Assembly (NCBI GenBank): GCA_027340875.1
Contig: DAIENX010000007.1
Coordinates: forward strand, 101,143-165,142
Direction: 5' to 3'
From: Elusimicrobiota bacterium
GTDB lineage: Bacteria; Elusimicrobiota; Elusimicrobia; Elusimicrobiales; UBA9959
DNA length: 64,000 nt
The notes beneath the pieces were generated by a model, which was given only the letters and a program-made list of their open reading frames with translations, was not told where the DNA came from and searched no databases. Both the position numbers and the translations under genes were made by a program. Positions 19,713 through 29,258 of the stretch are shown here, in pieces (position 1 is the first letter of the stretch; each line of letters starts with the position of its first letter).

Positions 19713-22282
19713 CAGTCCACGGTTATGGATTTGCTGACGTTCTTGGGCGAGTCGGGGTGCACGCCGTGGTCCTGTATGCCGAGGCGGTCCAGGAAGTCCA
19801 TCTTGCGCACGCTCATCTCCATCGCCAGCAGCTGCAGCGCCACCGACGACGTGAAGAACACCAGCAGGTCGTCTCCGGTCCTGGGCAGCGCCACGTAGCC
19901 GTGGCGGTAGGTCTTGGAGTACATGGAAGGCACGCTCTTCTGCGCGGCCTCGCGCAGCAGCCTGTCCTCCTCGGCCAGCACGTAAATATTGGCGCCGCGT
20001 ATCTTGTGCGTGTTTATCTGCGAGATGGTCAGGTTCACGTCGCGCGAGTTGGGACCGGTGACGAACACCAACGGGTAGTTCGTGTACATGCTCTCGAAGA
20101 AGTTGTGCTTTTTGAAGATATCGGAGAACAGCTCCGCCTCGGCCAGACTGAGGCCGGCCGGCTTGCGGTCGAAGAAGGCGTAGCCGGAAACGGCGTGGAA
20201 GACGCGGGACAGGCTTTCCGGAGCCAGGCTCTTGCCGCCGCGGCCCACGGCGTACTTTATCATGTCGGCGAACTTGTCGGTCAGGGCGCCCACGCCCTCC
20301 ATGCCGAAGATCGTGTTCACTCCGAGTATGGTATTGGGGCCGTGCTTGAACTCCGGGGACTCGAAGCCCTCGGTGTGGTTGAGCACAACCTCGCGCACCT
20401 TGAGGGCGCCCTCTCGCGCTATGCCCTGCATGCCGGTGGCAAGAATATGCACGCTGGGCTCCAGATAGAGGTCCTGGGCGGCCTGCTGCACGGCGTCGCG
20501 CGTGTTGTTGATGGTCTCCTCTATCAGCTCCGGCACCCGGTAGAGGTTGTCGGCGTACTTCCTCAGCCCGGACGAGCGCGCCATGTCCCGGTCCTCCGCG
20601 GCCAGCCTCTCGCCCAGCCGGAGGGCCAGTAGGTAGAGGATAAGCAGCTGGTTGACGAAACTCTTCGTAGCGGGCACGGCTATCTCCGGGCCGCAGTAAA
20701 GCGGGATGCAGACATCCGATTTCTCCAGCGCTATCGTGGAGTTGACGTTGTTCACTATGTTCAGGAACGAGACCTTCCGGCCCGAGGCCTTCACCTGGTT
20801 GAGCACGTCTATCAGGTCCTTTGTCTCGCCGCTCTGGCTGATGCCGATGACGACGTCCCCGTCGCGCACGGAGCTAAGGCACTGCGCGCGGAAATCCCCC
20901 GGCAGGCAGGCCGTGACGGCCGTGCCCGCCATGCGGTTAAAGAAAACGGCAGCGCACCGGGCCGCGTTGTACGAGGTGCCACAGGCCACGAAATAGGCGG
21001 CGCGCCCTTTCCTCCGGCAGGAGGCGAGCCGCGCGCAGAACTCCCGTACCCGGGAGCGGATGTCCTCTATTTCGTCCACCATGAACAGGGCGTCAGCGAA
21101 CTTTATCGATTGGCCGCATTCGGCGGAGCCGCACAGGGAGCGCAGCTCCACGAAGAAGTCCGCCATCGAGGACTCCGGCGCCATGGAGGCCAGCGGCAGG
21201 CGGCAGGCACGGGCATACTCGAGGGCTTTCTTCATAGACCGGCAGCCGAAGAAGGAAGCGGCCTCTTTCTTGAAGACAGCCGCGTCCGTGATGGCGGCCA
21301 GCCGCGTCACGCGGGACTTCAGGTCCTTAACGAAGGGCTTGTCCTTGCGGGCGGCCTGGCGGGCCAGATCGGTGAGCGGGGAGCGGTCGGCGAAATAGGC
21401 CAGGACCTTGGAGGCCGCGGCGGACTCGCTGAAGATCTCCTGCTCCATGAAATAACGGAACGGCTTCCGGAGGCCGGTCTCCTCGACGCGCAGGTGACTG
21501 CGCAGTTTTTCCTTCTTGATGGGCCGGCCGGTGCGCAGGCTGAAGAACTCCGCCTTCTGCGGCGTGTACAGCGCGAACTCGTCCTCCTTGATGGGGTAGA
21601 GCATCTTGGTCATCGACAGCACGCTCGCGAGGTCCGACGAGGCTATTGTGAACGGGCCGTGCGCGTCGTCCACGCCGGCGCCCATGTAGAGGCTGCTGCC
21701 GGCCTTTATGCAGGCCATCAGCTCGGTGACCGGGTCCACCACCACGGCGGCGAAGGAACCCGTGGTCTTTTTGGCCGCGGCGAGTATCGCTTTCTTCAGC
21801 GCGTCGTGGCGGGCCTTCCTGTTCCTGTGGTCCTTGAGCCTTTTAAGCTCTATCGCGAAATAATGCTCCACGGTGTGCACCAGCATCTCGCCGTCGTTGT
21901 CGCTCTTCACGTCGTGGCCGGTGGAGACCAGCCATTCCTTCAGCTGGTCGCAGTTGGTGATGTTGCCGTTATGGGCGCCGTAGAGATGGGTGTGGCAGCG
22001 CGCGTCGTGCGGCTGGGCGTTCTCCTTCGTGACCACTCCGAACGTGGCCCAGCGCACCTGGCCGCAGAAGAGCTTTCCGGAGAGGCGGTCTATGCCCAGC
22101 TTCCTGGTTATTACACTGGGCGCGCCCACGTCCTTCTTGAGCGTGACGCGGCCGGCGGAATCCTGTATCAGCGCGCCGGTGGAGTCGTAGCCGCGGTACT
22201 CCAGCATCCGCAGCAGGCGCGAAGCCTCCACCCCGAGGTCTTCCCTGTCCTTAGCGCAAGTTAAGCCTATCACTCCGCACAT
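19712..22282 (-). CDS. glmS: Glutamine--fructose-6-phosphate aminotransferase, long form
   Basis: MCG N-terminal nucleophile, EYRGYDS, RWAT, HNG, CGTSY, SQSGETKD, EFKHGP, C-terminal PKNVSKSITVD. Confidence 0.9.
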   Translation of the reverse strand: MCGVIGLTCAKDREDLGVEASRLLRMLEYRGYDSTGALIQDSAGRVTLKKDVGAPSVITRKLGIDRLSGKLFCGQVRWATFGVVTKENAQPHDARCHTHLYGAHNGNITNCDQLKEWLVSTGHDVKSDNDGEMLVHTVEHYFAIELKRLKDHRNRKARHDALKKAILAAAKKTTGSFAAVVVDPVTELMACIKAGSSLYMGAGVDDAHGPFTIASSDLASVLSMTKMLYPIKEDEFALYTPQKAEFFSLRTGRPIKKEKLRSHLRVEETGLRKPFRYFMEQEIFSESAAASKVLAYFADRSPLTDLARQAARKDKPFVKDLKSRVTRLAAITDAAVFKKEAASFFGCRSMKKALEYARACRLPLASMAPESSMADFFVELRSLCGSAECGQSIKFADALFMVDEIEDIRSRVREFCARLASCRRKGRAAYFVACGTSYNAARCAAVFFNRMAGTAVTACLPGDFRAQCLSSVRDGDVVIGISQSGETKDLIDVLNQVKASGRKVSFLNIVNNVNSTIALEKSDVCIPLYCGPEIAVPATKSFVNQLLILYLLALRLGERLAAEDRDMARSSGLRKYADNLYRVPELIEETINNTRDAVQQAAQDLYLEPSVHILATGMQGIAREGALKVREVVLNHTEGFESPEFKHGPNTILGVNTIFGMEGVGALTDKFADMIKYAVGRGGKSLAPESLSRVFHAVSGYAFFDRKPAGLSLAEAELFSDIFKKHNFFESMYTNYPLVFVTGPNSRDVNLTISQINTHKIRGANIYVLAEEDRLLREAAQKSVPSMYSKTYRHGYVALPRTGDDLLVFFTSSVALQLLAMEMSVRKMDFLDRLGIQDHGVHPDSPKNVSKSITVD

Positions 22283-22378
22283 GCAAGCACCTCGCCCTCA
22301 GATTGACGACAATAAATAATAGCATTATCCTCGCGCCAGGTGCCCCCGGGATAATTTGTTAATATCTTATTTAGTTCT

Positions 22379-22592
22379 TTCAGGGATCGCGTGGGCACAC
22401 GCCAGCGGGCGACGCGGGGACCGGGTTAGCAAAACCTTCATGCGTGGAGCGAAGCGACACTTTCTTGCGCGAGGCTTGCACCGCGCCGAGCCCGAATGAT
22501 GAGCGAGGCCACGGTGTGGCCGAACGCGTTTTGCGTTCCGGTCCACGTGGCGCCCCGGAGACAAACCCCGATTGCCCGCGTTAAACCCGGAA
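22379..22592 (+). other. Intergenic nested-hairpin element (structured RNA or REP/MITE-like)
   Basis: 22407-22424 pairs with 22538-22555 (16/18); 22389-22397 with 22573-22581; GCAAAAC/GTTTTGC; three apical hairpins. Confidence 0.6.
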
Positions 22593-22623
22593 GCGCCGTC
22601 TTATTATTCTTACCGGAGGGAAC

Positions 22624-23496
22624 ATGAAGAGACTTCTTTTCGTAGTTATCGCCTGCGCGGCGTCCTCGGCCTCGGCGGCGGGCCCGCTGGTGCACGGTCA
22701 CCGCGGCAGCCGCGGCACCGTGCCGGAGAACACTATACCGGCCTTCGAGGCCGCCCTGATGGCCGGGGCCGACGTGCTGGAGATGGACATGAACGTCACC
22801 AAGGACGACGTCATCGTGATCTCCCACGAACCCAACGTCACTCCGGAGCGCTGCACGGGACCGGAAGGCGCGAAGCTGGAAAAGCCAGTGCCCATCCGCT
22901 CGCTAACGCTGGATGAGCTCAAGAAATACGACTGCGGCGCGCTGCAGAACCCCAGATTCCCGCGCCAGATACCGGTGCCAGGCACGCCCATGCCCACTTT
23001 GGACGAGGTCTTCTCTATGGTGGAGAAGTCCGGCTACGAGACCGCGCCGAAGGCCGAGTTCAACATAGAGACCAAGATCTTCCCCTGGGCCCCGGAGCTC
23101 TCCCCCGCCCCCGCCAAGTTCGCCGAGCTGGTGGTCAAGGAAGTCAGAAAGCACCGCATGGAGAAGCGCGTGATAGTGCAGTCCTTCGACGTGCGCACGC
23201 TGCGCGAGATAAAGAAGCAGGCGCCGCAGATCCGGACCTCGCAGCTCACCGGCGAGGACCTGCTAAACATCGTGCCGGCCCTGAAGGCCGACAGGACCGA
23301 CATCTGGAGCCCGAACATGTCGTGGGTGACGGCCGAGGCCGTGAAGGAAGCTCACGCCGCAGGCATACTGGTGGCTCCGTGGACCGTGAACGATCCAAAG
23401 ATATGGGACCTGGCCATCGCCGCGGGCGTGGACGCCATCATCACCGACTATCCCGCCGACCTGGTGGACTACCTGCAGGCCAAGAAGCTGCGCTGA
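22624..23496 (+). CDS. Exported glycerophosphodiester phosphodiesterase
   Basis: GHRGSRG..PENT, EMD, SHE, NIETK, QSFD, PWTVND, IITDYP. Confidence 0.92.
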   Translation: MKRLLFVVIACAASSASAAGPLVHGHRGSRGTVPENTIPAFEAALMAGADVLEMDMNVTKDDVIVISHEPNVTPERCTGPEGAKLEKPVPIRSLTLDELKKYDCGALQNPRFPRQIPVPGTPMPTLDEVFSMVEKSGYETAPKAEFNIETKIFPWAPELSPAPAKFAELVVKEVRKHRMEKRVIVQSFDVRTLREIKKQAPQIRTSQLTGEDLLNIVPALKADRTDIWSPNMSWVTAEAVKEAHAAGILVAPWTVNDPKIWDLAIAAGVDAIITDYPADLVDYLQAKKLR

Positions 23497-23521
23497 CCCT
23501 GAGAAGGCAGGATTTTTTTGG

Positions 23522-23562
23522 AAAAAACAAGAACCGCGCTTTAGGCGCGGTTCTTGTTTTTT
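23522..23562. terminator. Bidirectional intrinsic terminator
   Basis: AAAAAACAAGAACCGCGC-TTTAG-GCGCGGTTCTTGTTTTTT between convergent genes. Confidence 0.9.
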
Positions 23563-23572
23563 AAGACGACGG

Positions 23573-24163
23573 TCAGGGCCGGCCTTTGAAACTTCTGGCA
23601 ACTTTTTCGAAGACCTTCAGGTTCGGGGCGAACTCTTCCCTGGGGGCGCTGAAACGTACGACGTAGAAACCGGACTTGGCCGGCAGGACGTAGATCTTCT
23701 CCTTCAGGGCCACGCTCTCGTCGGACTTGCTCTCGGGGTGCAGGAACTCGAGCGTCTCGCTGGACAGCTCGAAGCCCTTCCTGTCGTTCAGCCGGATGTT
23801 CTTTACCGGCGCGTAATTCTCCCTGCTGGTTTTTGTCTCTCCCGCAACATTGCGTGAATTACGCTTTATGTAGTCCCTGTAATCGTTAAAATCCTCGTTG
23901 TCCTTGGAATAATAAGAAATGAATATCGCGATCGGAGCTTTAGCGGATTTAGGCGCAACCAATTCTATCTCGTATATCTTATACTCCTCGTCCTGGTCCT
24001 TGTCCCGTTTCAGCTCCCAGCTCTCCGGCACCAGGCAGGAGAAATGTCCGCCCTCCATGGAATAGGGCTTGTACTGCTCCGCGCGGGCCTTCGGCTGCGC
24101 CCCGGCCAAGGACGGAGAGGCCATGAAGGCAAGGAGGCTCAGGTTCAGCAAGGCGTTCTTCAT
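23573..24163 (-). CDS. Exported hypothetical protein (PsbP/DcrB-like pattern)
   Basis: Signal peptide; FSCLVPESW N-terminus and FEKVARSFK C-terminus. Confidence 0.6.
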   Translation of the reverse strand: MKNALLNLSLLAFMASPSLAGAQPKARAEQYKPYSMEGGHFSCLVPESWELKRDKDQDEEYKIYEIELVAPKSAKAPIAIFISYYSKDNEDFNDYRDYIKRNSRNVAGETKTSRENYAPVKNIRLNDRKGFELSSETLEFLHPESKSDESVALKEKIYVLPAKSGFYVVRFSAPREEFAPNLKVFEKVARSFKGRP

Positions 24164-25902
24164 ATGGTCAATGGCGGCACGGCCGCGCCGGCCGAGGCTG
24201 TGCCGCGCTCCAGCGCTTTCAGGCTTTTGCGGCCCTGCCTGTCCGAGGCGGCGTAACGGCTCCTGTACGTACCCAGGTTGGACAGGTCCCCCTGTATTTT
24301 AACAAGTACCGGCGTCTGTATCTCTTTTACCGAGTAGGCCAGCTCCTCCGGGGACATCTCCAGCGTCTCGGAAAGGCTTAGGCCTCCTGAGTCCAGGGCG
24401 GATTTTTCAGCCGCGGGCATGGTCTCGCGGCGCTCCAACTCCGAGGTTACAGCGCCCAGAACATGGGCGGCCGCGGTGGACAGCGATGGCAGCCCGGCGG
24501 AATATAATTGTCGCACTGTAATCGCGAATCCTTTGGAACCCCGCTTCTGGTACTGCGTGCCGACATCCATCTTTTTGGCGGCATACGAAGAAAATTCCCT
24601 GCTGGAGGTAAGAATATCCTTGAATTTCCGGTCTTTCTGCATTTTCTCCGTCGTATACAGCCCCTCCAGCGACATGGCCTCTATCTCATTCTCCTGCACC
24701 TGCGGCAGGTATATGCCACGTGAGACGGCCCAGTCGGCCTGCATCTTGTGGGCGGACTCGTAGACCACGGCCGGGGACATGTACTTGGCTATCTCCGCCA
24801 CCTGCTCCGGACTGCGCATCAGCGAGTCCGCCGTGTAGCCCTTCACCCGCATGTACTGCTGTATGGTCTCCGAGTCCAGCACTATGCCGCCGGTGGAGGC
24901 GTCGTAGCGGGAATAGGCCCCCTGCACGGGGGCCACGGTTATCTTCAGCCCGCCGGGGAAGGCGGAAAGCGCGCGGGCTCCGGCCTGCGTGCCGGAGAGC
25001 TCTTTCGTCACCGCGGTATTGAGCATGCCGCCCAAGAGCTGGCGCTGCTGGTAAGGCAGCACCTCGCCCGGCAGCGAGGAACGCGCGGAGTTTATCTTGT
25101 TCTTCAGGTCCTGGCTCACGGCGATATCGCTGTTGTCGAACATGTTGCCCAACAGGTAGAGCTGGTCGTCGAAGGACTTGCCAGAGAGCTGGCTCAGTTG
25201 CGCCGGAGACAGGGCCCCGGAGTTCTTCACCTGGATCAGCGCCGCCGCCACCGCCACGCGGTCCTTCTCGGCCGCAAGGCGCTCGTCGTTGTAGATCAGG
25301 AAGGACGGGTCGCGCGCTATCAGCTTCTCTATCACCGCGTTGCGCTCGCGCAGCACCATGCCTTCCCAGTTGGCCTTTGTTATGTTCTGCCAGCCGGCCT
25401 GGCCCCATTTCATCGTGCGGGTGTCGGTCATCGTGCCGAAGACGACCTCCCACTGCCTTATGGCCTTCCTCACGGCGGCCTTTTTGGCGGCCGGGTACCT
25501 GGGCGCGTACCGGACCAGCCAGGAGAGCAGCTTCTCCGGCTCCGGCCCCACGCCGAGCAGCGAAAGCGGCTTCTCCACGTCAATGCGGATGGCGAGAGAT
25601 TTGTTGAGCTGGTTGACCTTGGCGTCGTCCCAGTCCATGTTCAGCAGGTCCTTGAGGTCCTTGAGCGCCTCGGCCTTGCCCAGCAGCTCCGCGCTCTTGC
25701 GCGGGTCGGCCTGGGCCAGCTCGCGGGCCTCGCCGTCCCTCAGGTAAGCGGCCGCGGCGGCGGGATTGGCGCTGGCTATGGCCAGCTCGTAGGCGGCCAG
25801 CCTGTCGGCGGGGTCGCCCTCGGCGGCTCCGGCCCGCAGGCCGCAAACCAGCAGGACCGCGGCTGTGGCGGTTATGCGGGCGGTCCTGGCGGCGGCGCTC
25901 AT
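24160..25902 (-). CDS. Exported hypothetical protein with degenerate zincin-like motif
   Basis: Signal peptide; long coding-like ORF; VYESAH..ENEIEA. Confidence 0.7.
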   Translation of the reverse strand: MSAAARTARITATAAVLLVCGLRAGAAEGDPADRLAAYELAIASANPAAAAAYLRDGEARELAQADPRKSAELLGKAEALKDLKDLLNMDWDDAKVNQLNKSLAIRIDVEKPLSLLGVGPEPEKLLSWLVRYAPRYPAAKKAAVRKAIRQWEVVFGTMTDTRTMKWGQAGWQNITKANWEGMVLRERNAVIEKLIARDPSFLIYNDERLAAEKDRVAVAAALIQVKNSGALSPAQLSQLSGKSFDDQLYLLGNMFDNSDIAVSQDLKNKINSARSSLPGEVLPYQQRQLLGGMLNTAVTKELSGTQAGARALSAFPGGLKITVAPVQGAYSRYDASTGGIVLDSETIQQYMRVKGYTADSLMRSPEQVAEIAKYMSPAVVYESAHKMQADWAVSRGIYLPQVQENEIEAMSLEGLYTTEKMQKDRKFKDILTSSREFSSYAAKKMDVGTQYQKRGSKGFAITVRQLYSAGLPSLSTAAAHVLGAVTSELERRETMPAAEKSALDSGGLSLSETLEMSPEELAYSVKEIQTPVLVKIQGDLSNLGTYRSRYAASDRQGRKSLKALERGTASAGAAVPPLTI

Positions 25903-25903
25903 A

Positions 25904-27178
25904 TCACTTAAGCCTCTCCCTCATCATATCGAGCAGATAATCGTCCCAGAGCGAGTCGGCCGCGAAGGCCAGGCGCTCGTAATTGTCGGAGGCGTAACGC
26001 AGGTCCGGAATGTAGACGGCCAGGCCGTTGGCGGCCGTATAGGGATCGCCGTCCGGCGGCGGTCCGGCCGGCAGAGCCCCGGAGCGTATCAGCAGCGCGC
26101 CGGAAATATAGTTCCTCAGCGCCGCGCCCGCGACCCTGACCCGCCCGCCCGCCCTGGGAGAAGCGTCGACCTTGTCTATGTAATCCACGAGGTCCTTCGA
26201 GTCCTTGTTGGAAAAATGCGAAACGGAATCGGTCAGGGTTTTATCGGACGCCGCGGCCAGGGCCGCCGGGTCGGAACGGATGGCGGAAACCCAGTTGTCC
26301 AGCGCCTTTACGAAGGTTGGCAGGGCCGCCGTGCGTACGGCCGAGAGCGTGGCGTTATCGCTGCAGCTGGCGATGTACTCGTCCACGATGAGAGCGCCCA
26401 GCCGCTCCGCGTTCATGGAGGGGTTCGCGGCAAGGCGCCGGAGTATGGGGGCGTAGGGATAGCCGGCATCGGATATGGTCTCCTCGGAGCCCACCACTAC
26501 GGACGCGGCGTTCCTTAACTCGTAGGCCACTTCGGCCATCTGCATGCGGCAGGCGTCGGTGGCGAAAACGTCTATCTTGCGGCCAGCGGCGCGGCTTATC
26601 TCCTCCATGGCGCGCCCCAGCGAATCGATCTCGATATGGTTCCTGCTGACGTCGTCGAAGGAGATCCCCTGGAGGCCCGCGCCGTGGTTCCAGACCACCA
26701 CCGCCAGCTTCCTGGCCGGGTAGAGGCGCAGGCCGCGCCTGGCGAAGCGCACCAGGTTGGCCGCGCTGCCCATGTCGGAGTCGTTGGAGGAATAGATCAC
26801 CGGCGAGGTTATCTCCTCAGGGTCCTCGTCGCGGGTTATGTAGAGGGTCTTGGTTCCGCGCTGGAACCGCAGGTTGGAGTCGTCGTCGGACCCCATCAGC
26901 CCGTATTCCGCCAGCACCGCGACCTTATCGGTGGAGCCGACGGCCTCCATCTCGTTGATATCCTTCTCGGCGTCCCCCAACATGCCGAGGTCGTTCACCC
27001 CGTTGATGAAAACCAGCACCAGCCATTCCCTTTCGGCCGGGACCGCGGCGGCCGCGGGGGACGGCGCGGAAACCGAGGCCGGGGACGGCAGCGTCAAAGC
27101 GCCGAAAGGCGCGTCCTCTGCGACGAGCCCGGTACTTAACGCGGCCAGCGCCGCCAGGGTAAGCCACAACCGTTTCAT
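25904..27178 (-). CDS. Clostripain-like cysteine peptidase (C11)
   Basis: NGVNDL, DINEME, WNHGAG (His), DACRM (Cys), VGSEE..GYPY; start 27178 or 27193. Confidence 0.9.
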   Translation of the reverse strand: MKRLWLTLAALAALSTGLVAEDAPFGALTLPSPASVSAPSPAAAAVPAEREWLVLVFINGVNDLGMLGDAEKDINEMEAVGSTDKVAVLAEYGLMGSDDDSNLRFQRGTKTLYITRDEDPEEITSPVIYSSNDSDMGSAANLVRFARRGLRLYPARKLAVVVWNHGAGLQGISFDDVSRNHIEIDSLGRAMEEISRAAGRKIDVFATDACRMQMAEVAYELRNAASVVVGSEETISDAGYPYAPILRRLAANPSMNAERLGALIVDEYIASCSDNATLSAVRTAALPTFVKALDNWVSAIRSDPAALAAASDKTLTDSVSHFSNKDSKDLVDYIDKVDASPRAGGRVRVAGAALRNYISGALLIRSGALPAGPPPDGDPYTAANGLAVYIPDLRYASDNYERLAFAADSLWDDYLLDMMRERLK

Positions 27179-27212
27179 ATATATAGTTTCCACTATCGTT
27201 TGACTTTAATCA

Positions 27213-27289
27213 AAGGTCCAAAGACCCGGCGCGCAATAGGACTTAGGTCCTACCTGGCGGCGACATATCCTGGAGGGTCGACGGTCCTA
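27213..27289. promoter_or_regulatory. Cluster of three GGWC-N4-GWCC palindromic boxes
   Basis: AAGGTC-CAAA-GACCCG (27213), TAGGAC-TTAG-GTCCTA (27237), AGGGTC-GACG-GTCCTA (27274). Confidence 0.5.
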
Positions 27290-27337
27290 ATTAATAGTAT
27301 AGGCCTTTATCTTGACTTGTCAAGGGCCGGGGACGGT

Positions 27338-27796
27338 TCAGAAGCCGGCGTACTTGCGCACGCTGACCATTCTGGCGTAATAGTATGGATTATATACAGA
27401 ATCGATGTGCACCCCGTTGCTGAACGAGGCATGAACGAAGAAGCCCTTGCCCACATAGATGCCCACGTGGTCCACGCGCGGGGTGCCGGGGTTCTTCATG
27501 GCGAAGAAGATCAGGTCGCCCGGCAGGACGGAGGCGGGCGGAAGGCGCTTCGTCTGGGCGAACTGCTCTGCCGAAACGCGCGGCAGGTAAAGCCCGGCCC
27601 GGGCGTAGACCAGCTTGGCGAAGGCGGAGCAGTCCATGCCGGTATCCGGGTGCATTCCCCCCCAGAGGTACGGGGTGTTCAGGTACGTCATGGTCTCGCG
27701 CACCACGCCGGCGCGGGCCTCGGCTATCGTCGCGGCGCGGGCCGACACGGCGACCGACAGCAGCAAAGCGGCCAGCGCGGGTTTCAGGAGCCTCAT
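27338..27796 (-). CDS. NlpC/P60 (C40) peptidoglycan endopeptidase
   Basis: PYLWGG, DCSAF, PGDLIFF, HVGIY, FVHAS. Confidence 0.93.
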   Translation of the reverse strand: MRLLKPALAALLLSVAVSARAATIAEARAGVVRETMTYLNTPYLWGGMHPDTGMDCSAFAKLVYARAGLYLPRVSAEQFAQTKRLPPASVLPGDLIFFAMKNPGTPRVDHVGIYVGKGFFVHASFSNGVHIDSVYNPYYYARMVSVRKYAGF

Positions 27797-27830
27797 TTTT
27801 GTATTATATAACAAGTCGCCAGATATATCG

Positions 27831-28553
27831 ATGAGAACCGCGTTCCTCTCCCTGATACTGCTGACCCTGCCGCTGGCCCAGCCGCGCGCGGCCGGCCTGC
27901 CCGACCTGAAAAGCCAGGACGCCTGGACCGACAAGGAGAAGAAGGAGTTCCTGGACTACCTCAAGACCAGCCAGCCTATGCCGGCCGGCCAGGTAAAAAG
28001 CGTGGCGCACATCTCAAACGGGGTCTCTACGGTCCCGCGGAAGCCGGCCTTCGCCTCGCTGGCGCTGCAATCCGAGGCTTTGGTCATCAACCTCGGCGGC
28101 GGGAAAGCAAAGACCGAGACCTCCTACCCCGGACCGAAGCTGCTGGCAGGAGGCCACCTGTTCTCCTGGGTGCGCTATTACACCGGCCTCAAGTACAACA
28201 GCATGGGCCAGGACAGGCTGGACGGAGGACGCTCCCGCATCTCCCACCTGGAGATACCGGCCGGACTCGAGCTGGCGCTGATACCGCTCGGCACGCCGCA
28301 GACCCGCTACGTGCTGCTGCGCGGAGGGGTCTCGGCCCACCGCTTCTCCTCTTCCGCCCGAAATACGGCTTTCGCCGCCCCGCTGCTGGGCTGGCACCCG
28401 GCCTGGAACCTGGGACTGGGCTATGAATGGCAGTTCGACAATTCGCGCTGGCGCTTCCACTCGCTGGCCGAAGGCTACCGCTCCTTCGCCCGCTCGGGGA
28501 AGACCTCCTTCTCCGGCCTAGGCCTGACGGCCGGCTTCGTCTACACTTTCTGA
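27831..28553 (+). CDS. Exported hypothetical protein, probable outer-membrane beta-barrel
   Basis: Signal peptide; ends GLTAGFVYTF (Bam-type C-terminus). Confidence 0.65.
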   Translation: MRTAFLSLILLTLPLAQPRAAGLPDLKSQDAWTDKEKKEFLDYLKTSQPMPAGQVKSVAHISNGVSTVPRKPAFASLALQSEALVINLGGGKAKTETSYPGPKLLAGGHLFSWVRYYTGLKYNSMGQDRLDGGRSRISHLEIPAGLELALIPLGTPQTRYVLLRGGVSAHRFSSSARNTAFAAPLLGWHPAWNLGLGYEWQFDNSRWRFHSLAEGYRSFARSGKTSFSGLGLTAGFVYTF

Positions 28554-28559
28554 GCCCGG

Positions 28560-29105
28560 TTATTCCGGGAAGTGCTTCTTCGCGCAGTCGGGGCAGATCC
28601 CGTGCGAGAAGCGTATGGGGGAATTCTTCGCTATATAGGACGTCAGCGTCTCATAGGCCTCGTCGTCGCGGCGTATACGGCCGCAATAGGAACAGATAGG
28701 GATAATGGACTTCAGCGTGCCTATCTCGGTGTTCATGCTCAGAATGCGCTGCGCCACCCTCAGACGCACCCTCAGCAGGTCCTTATCGGGCGGCTTCTGC
28801 ATGTAATCGTCGGCGCCGGCGTCCATCGCCTCCATGAAATTTATGTTCCCGAGCTTGCTGCCGGTAAGGATTATGAAGTACACGTATTGCCTGGCAGCGT
28901 CGGCACGCACCTTCCTTATCAGCTCCAGCCCTGAAAGCCCCGGCATTATCCAGTCGCAGACGGCCACCAGTATCTCCCTGTCGGAAAGCGCCACCAGAGC
29001 CTCCGTGCCGTTGGAAGCGTAGACCGGCTTATGCCCGCACAGCTCCACTATCCGTCCCGCCACCATCCTGCTGGCGCTATCGTCATCAGCTATGAGTATC
29101 TTCAT
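28560..29105 (-). CDS. Response regulator with C-terminal Cys/His zinc-binding tail
   Basis: KILIADDD, CDWIMP, GADDYMQKP; IPICSYC..FSHGICPDC. Confidence 0.9.
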   Translation of the reverse strand: MKILIADDDSASRMVAGRIVELCGHKPVYASNGTEALVALSDREILVAVCDWIMPGLSGLELIRKVRADAARQYVYFIILTGSKLGNINFMEAMDAGADDYMQKPPDKDLLRVRLRVAQRILSMNTEIGTLKSIIPICSYCGRIRRDDEAYETLTSYIAKNSPIRFSHGICPDCAKKHFPE

Positions 29106-29258
29106 TAGATATCCCCCTGGAGGCCTATAATAGCATAATGGGCTTCCGCCTTGGACCGGTCCCGAGGACTCGCGCGGGGGCAAACCCGTCTTTCGCGGCG
29201 GCCCTATGAAACTTTTTCGCCTTCCCCGCATCTCATTGGTGCAGGAAAGGAGAAAAGC

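Noticed and set aside
22283-22378. Possible glmS ribozyme upstream of glmS
   Set aside because: The minus strand lacks the ordered AGCGCC..GACGAGG core; only a short TTATCC/GGATAA inverted repeat is present.
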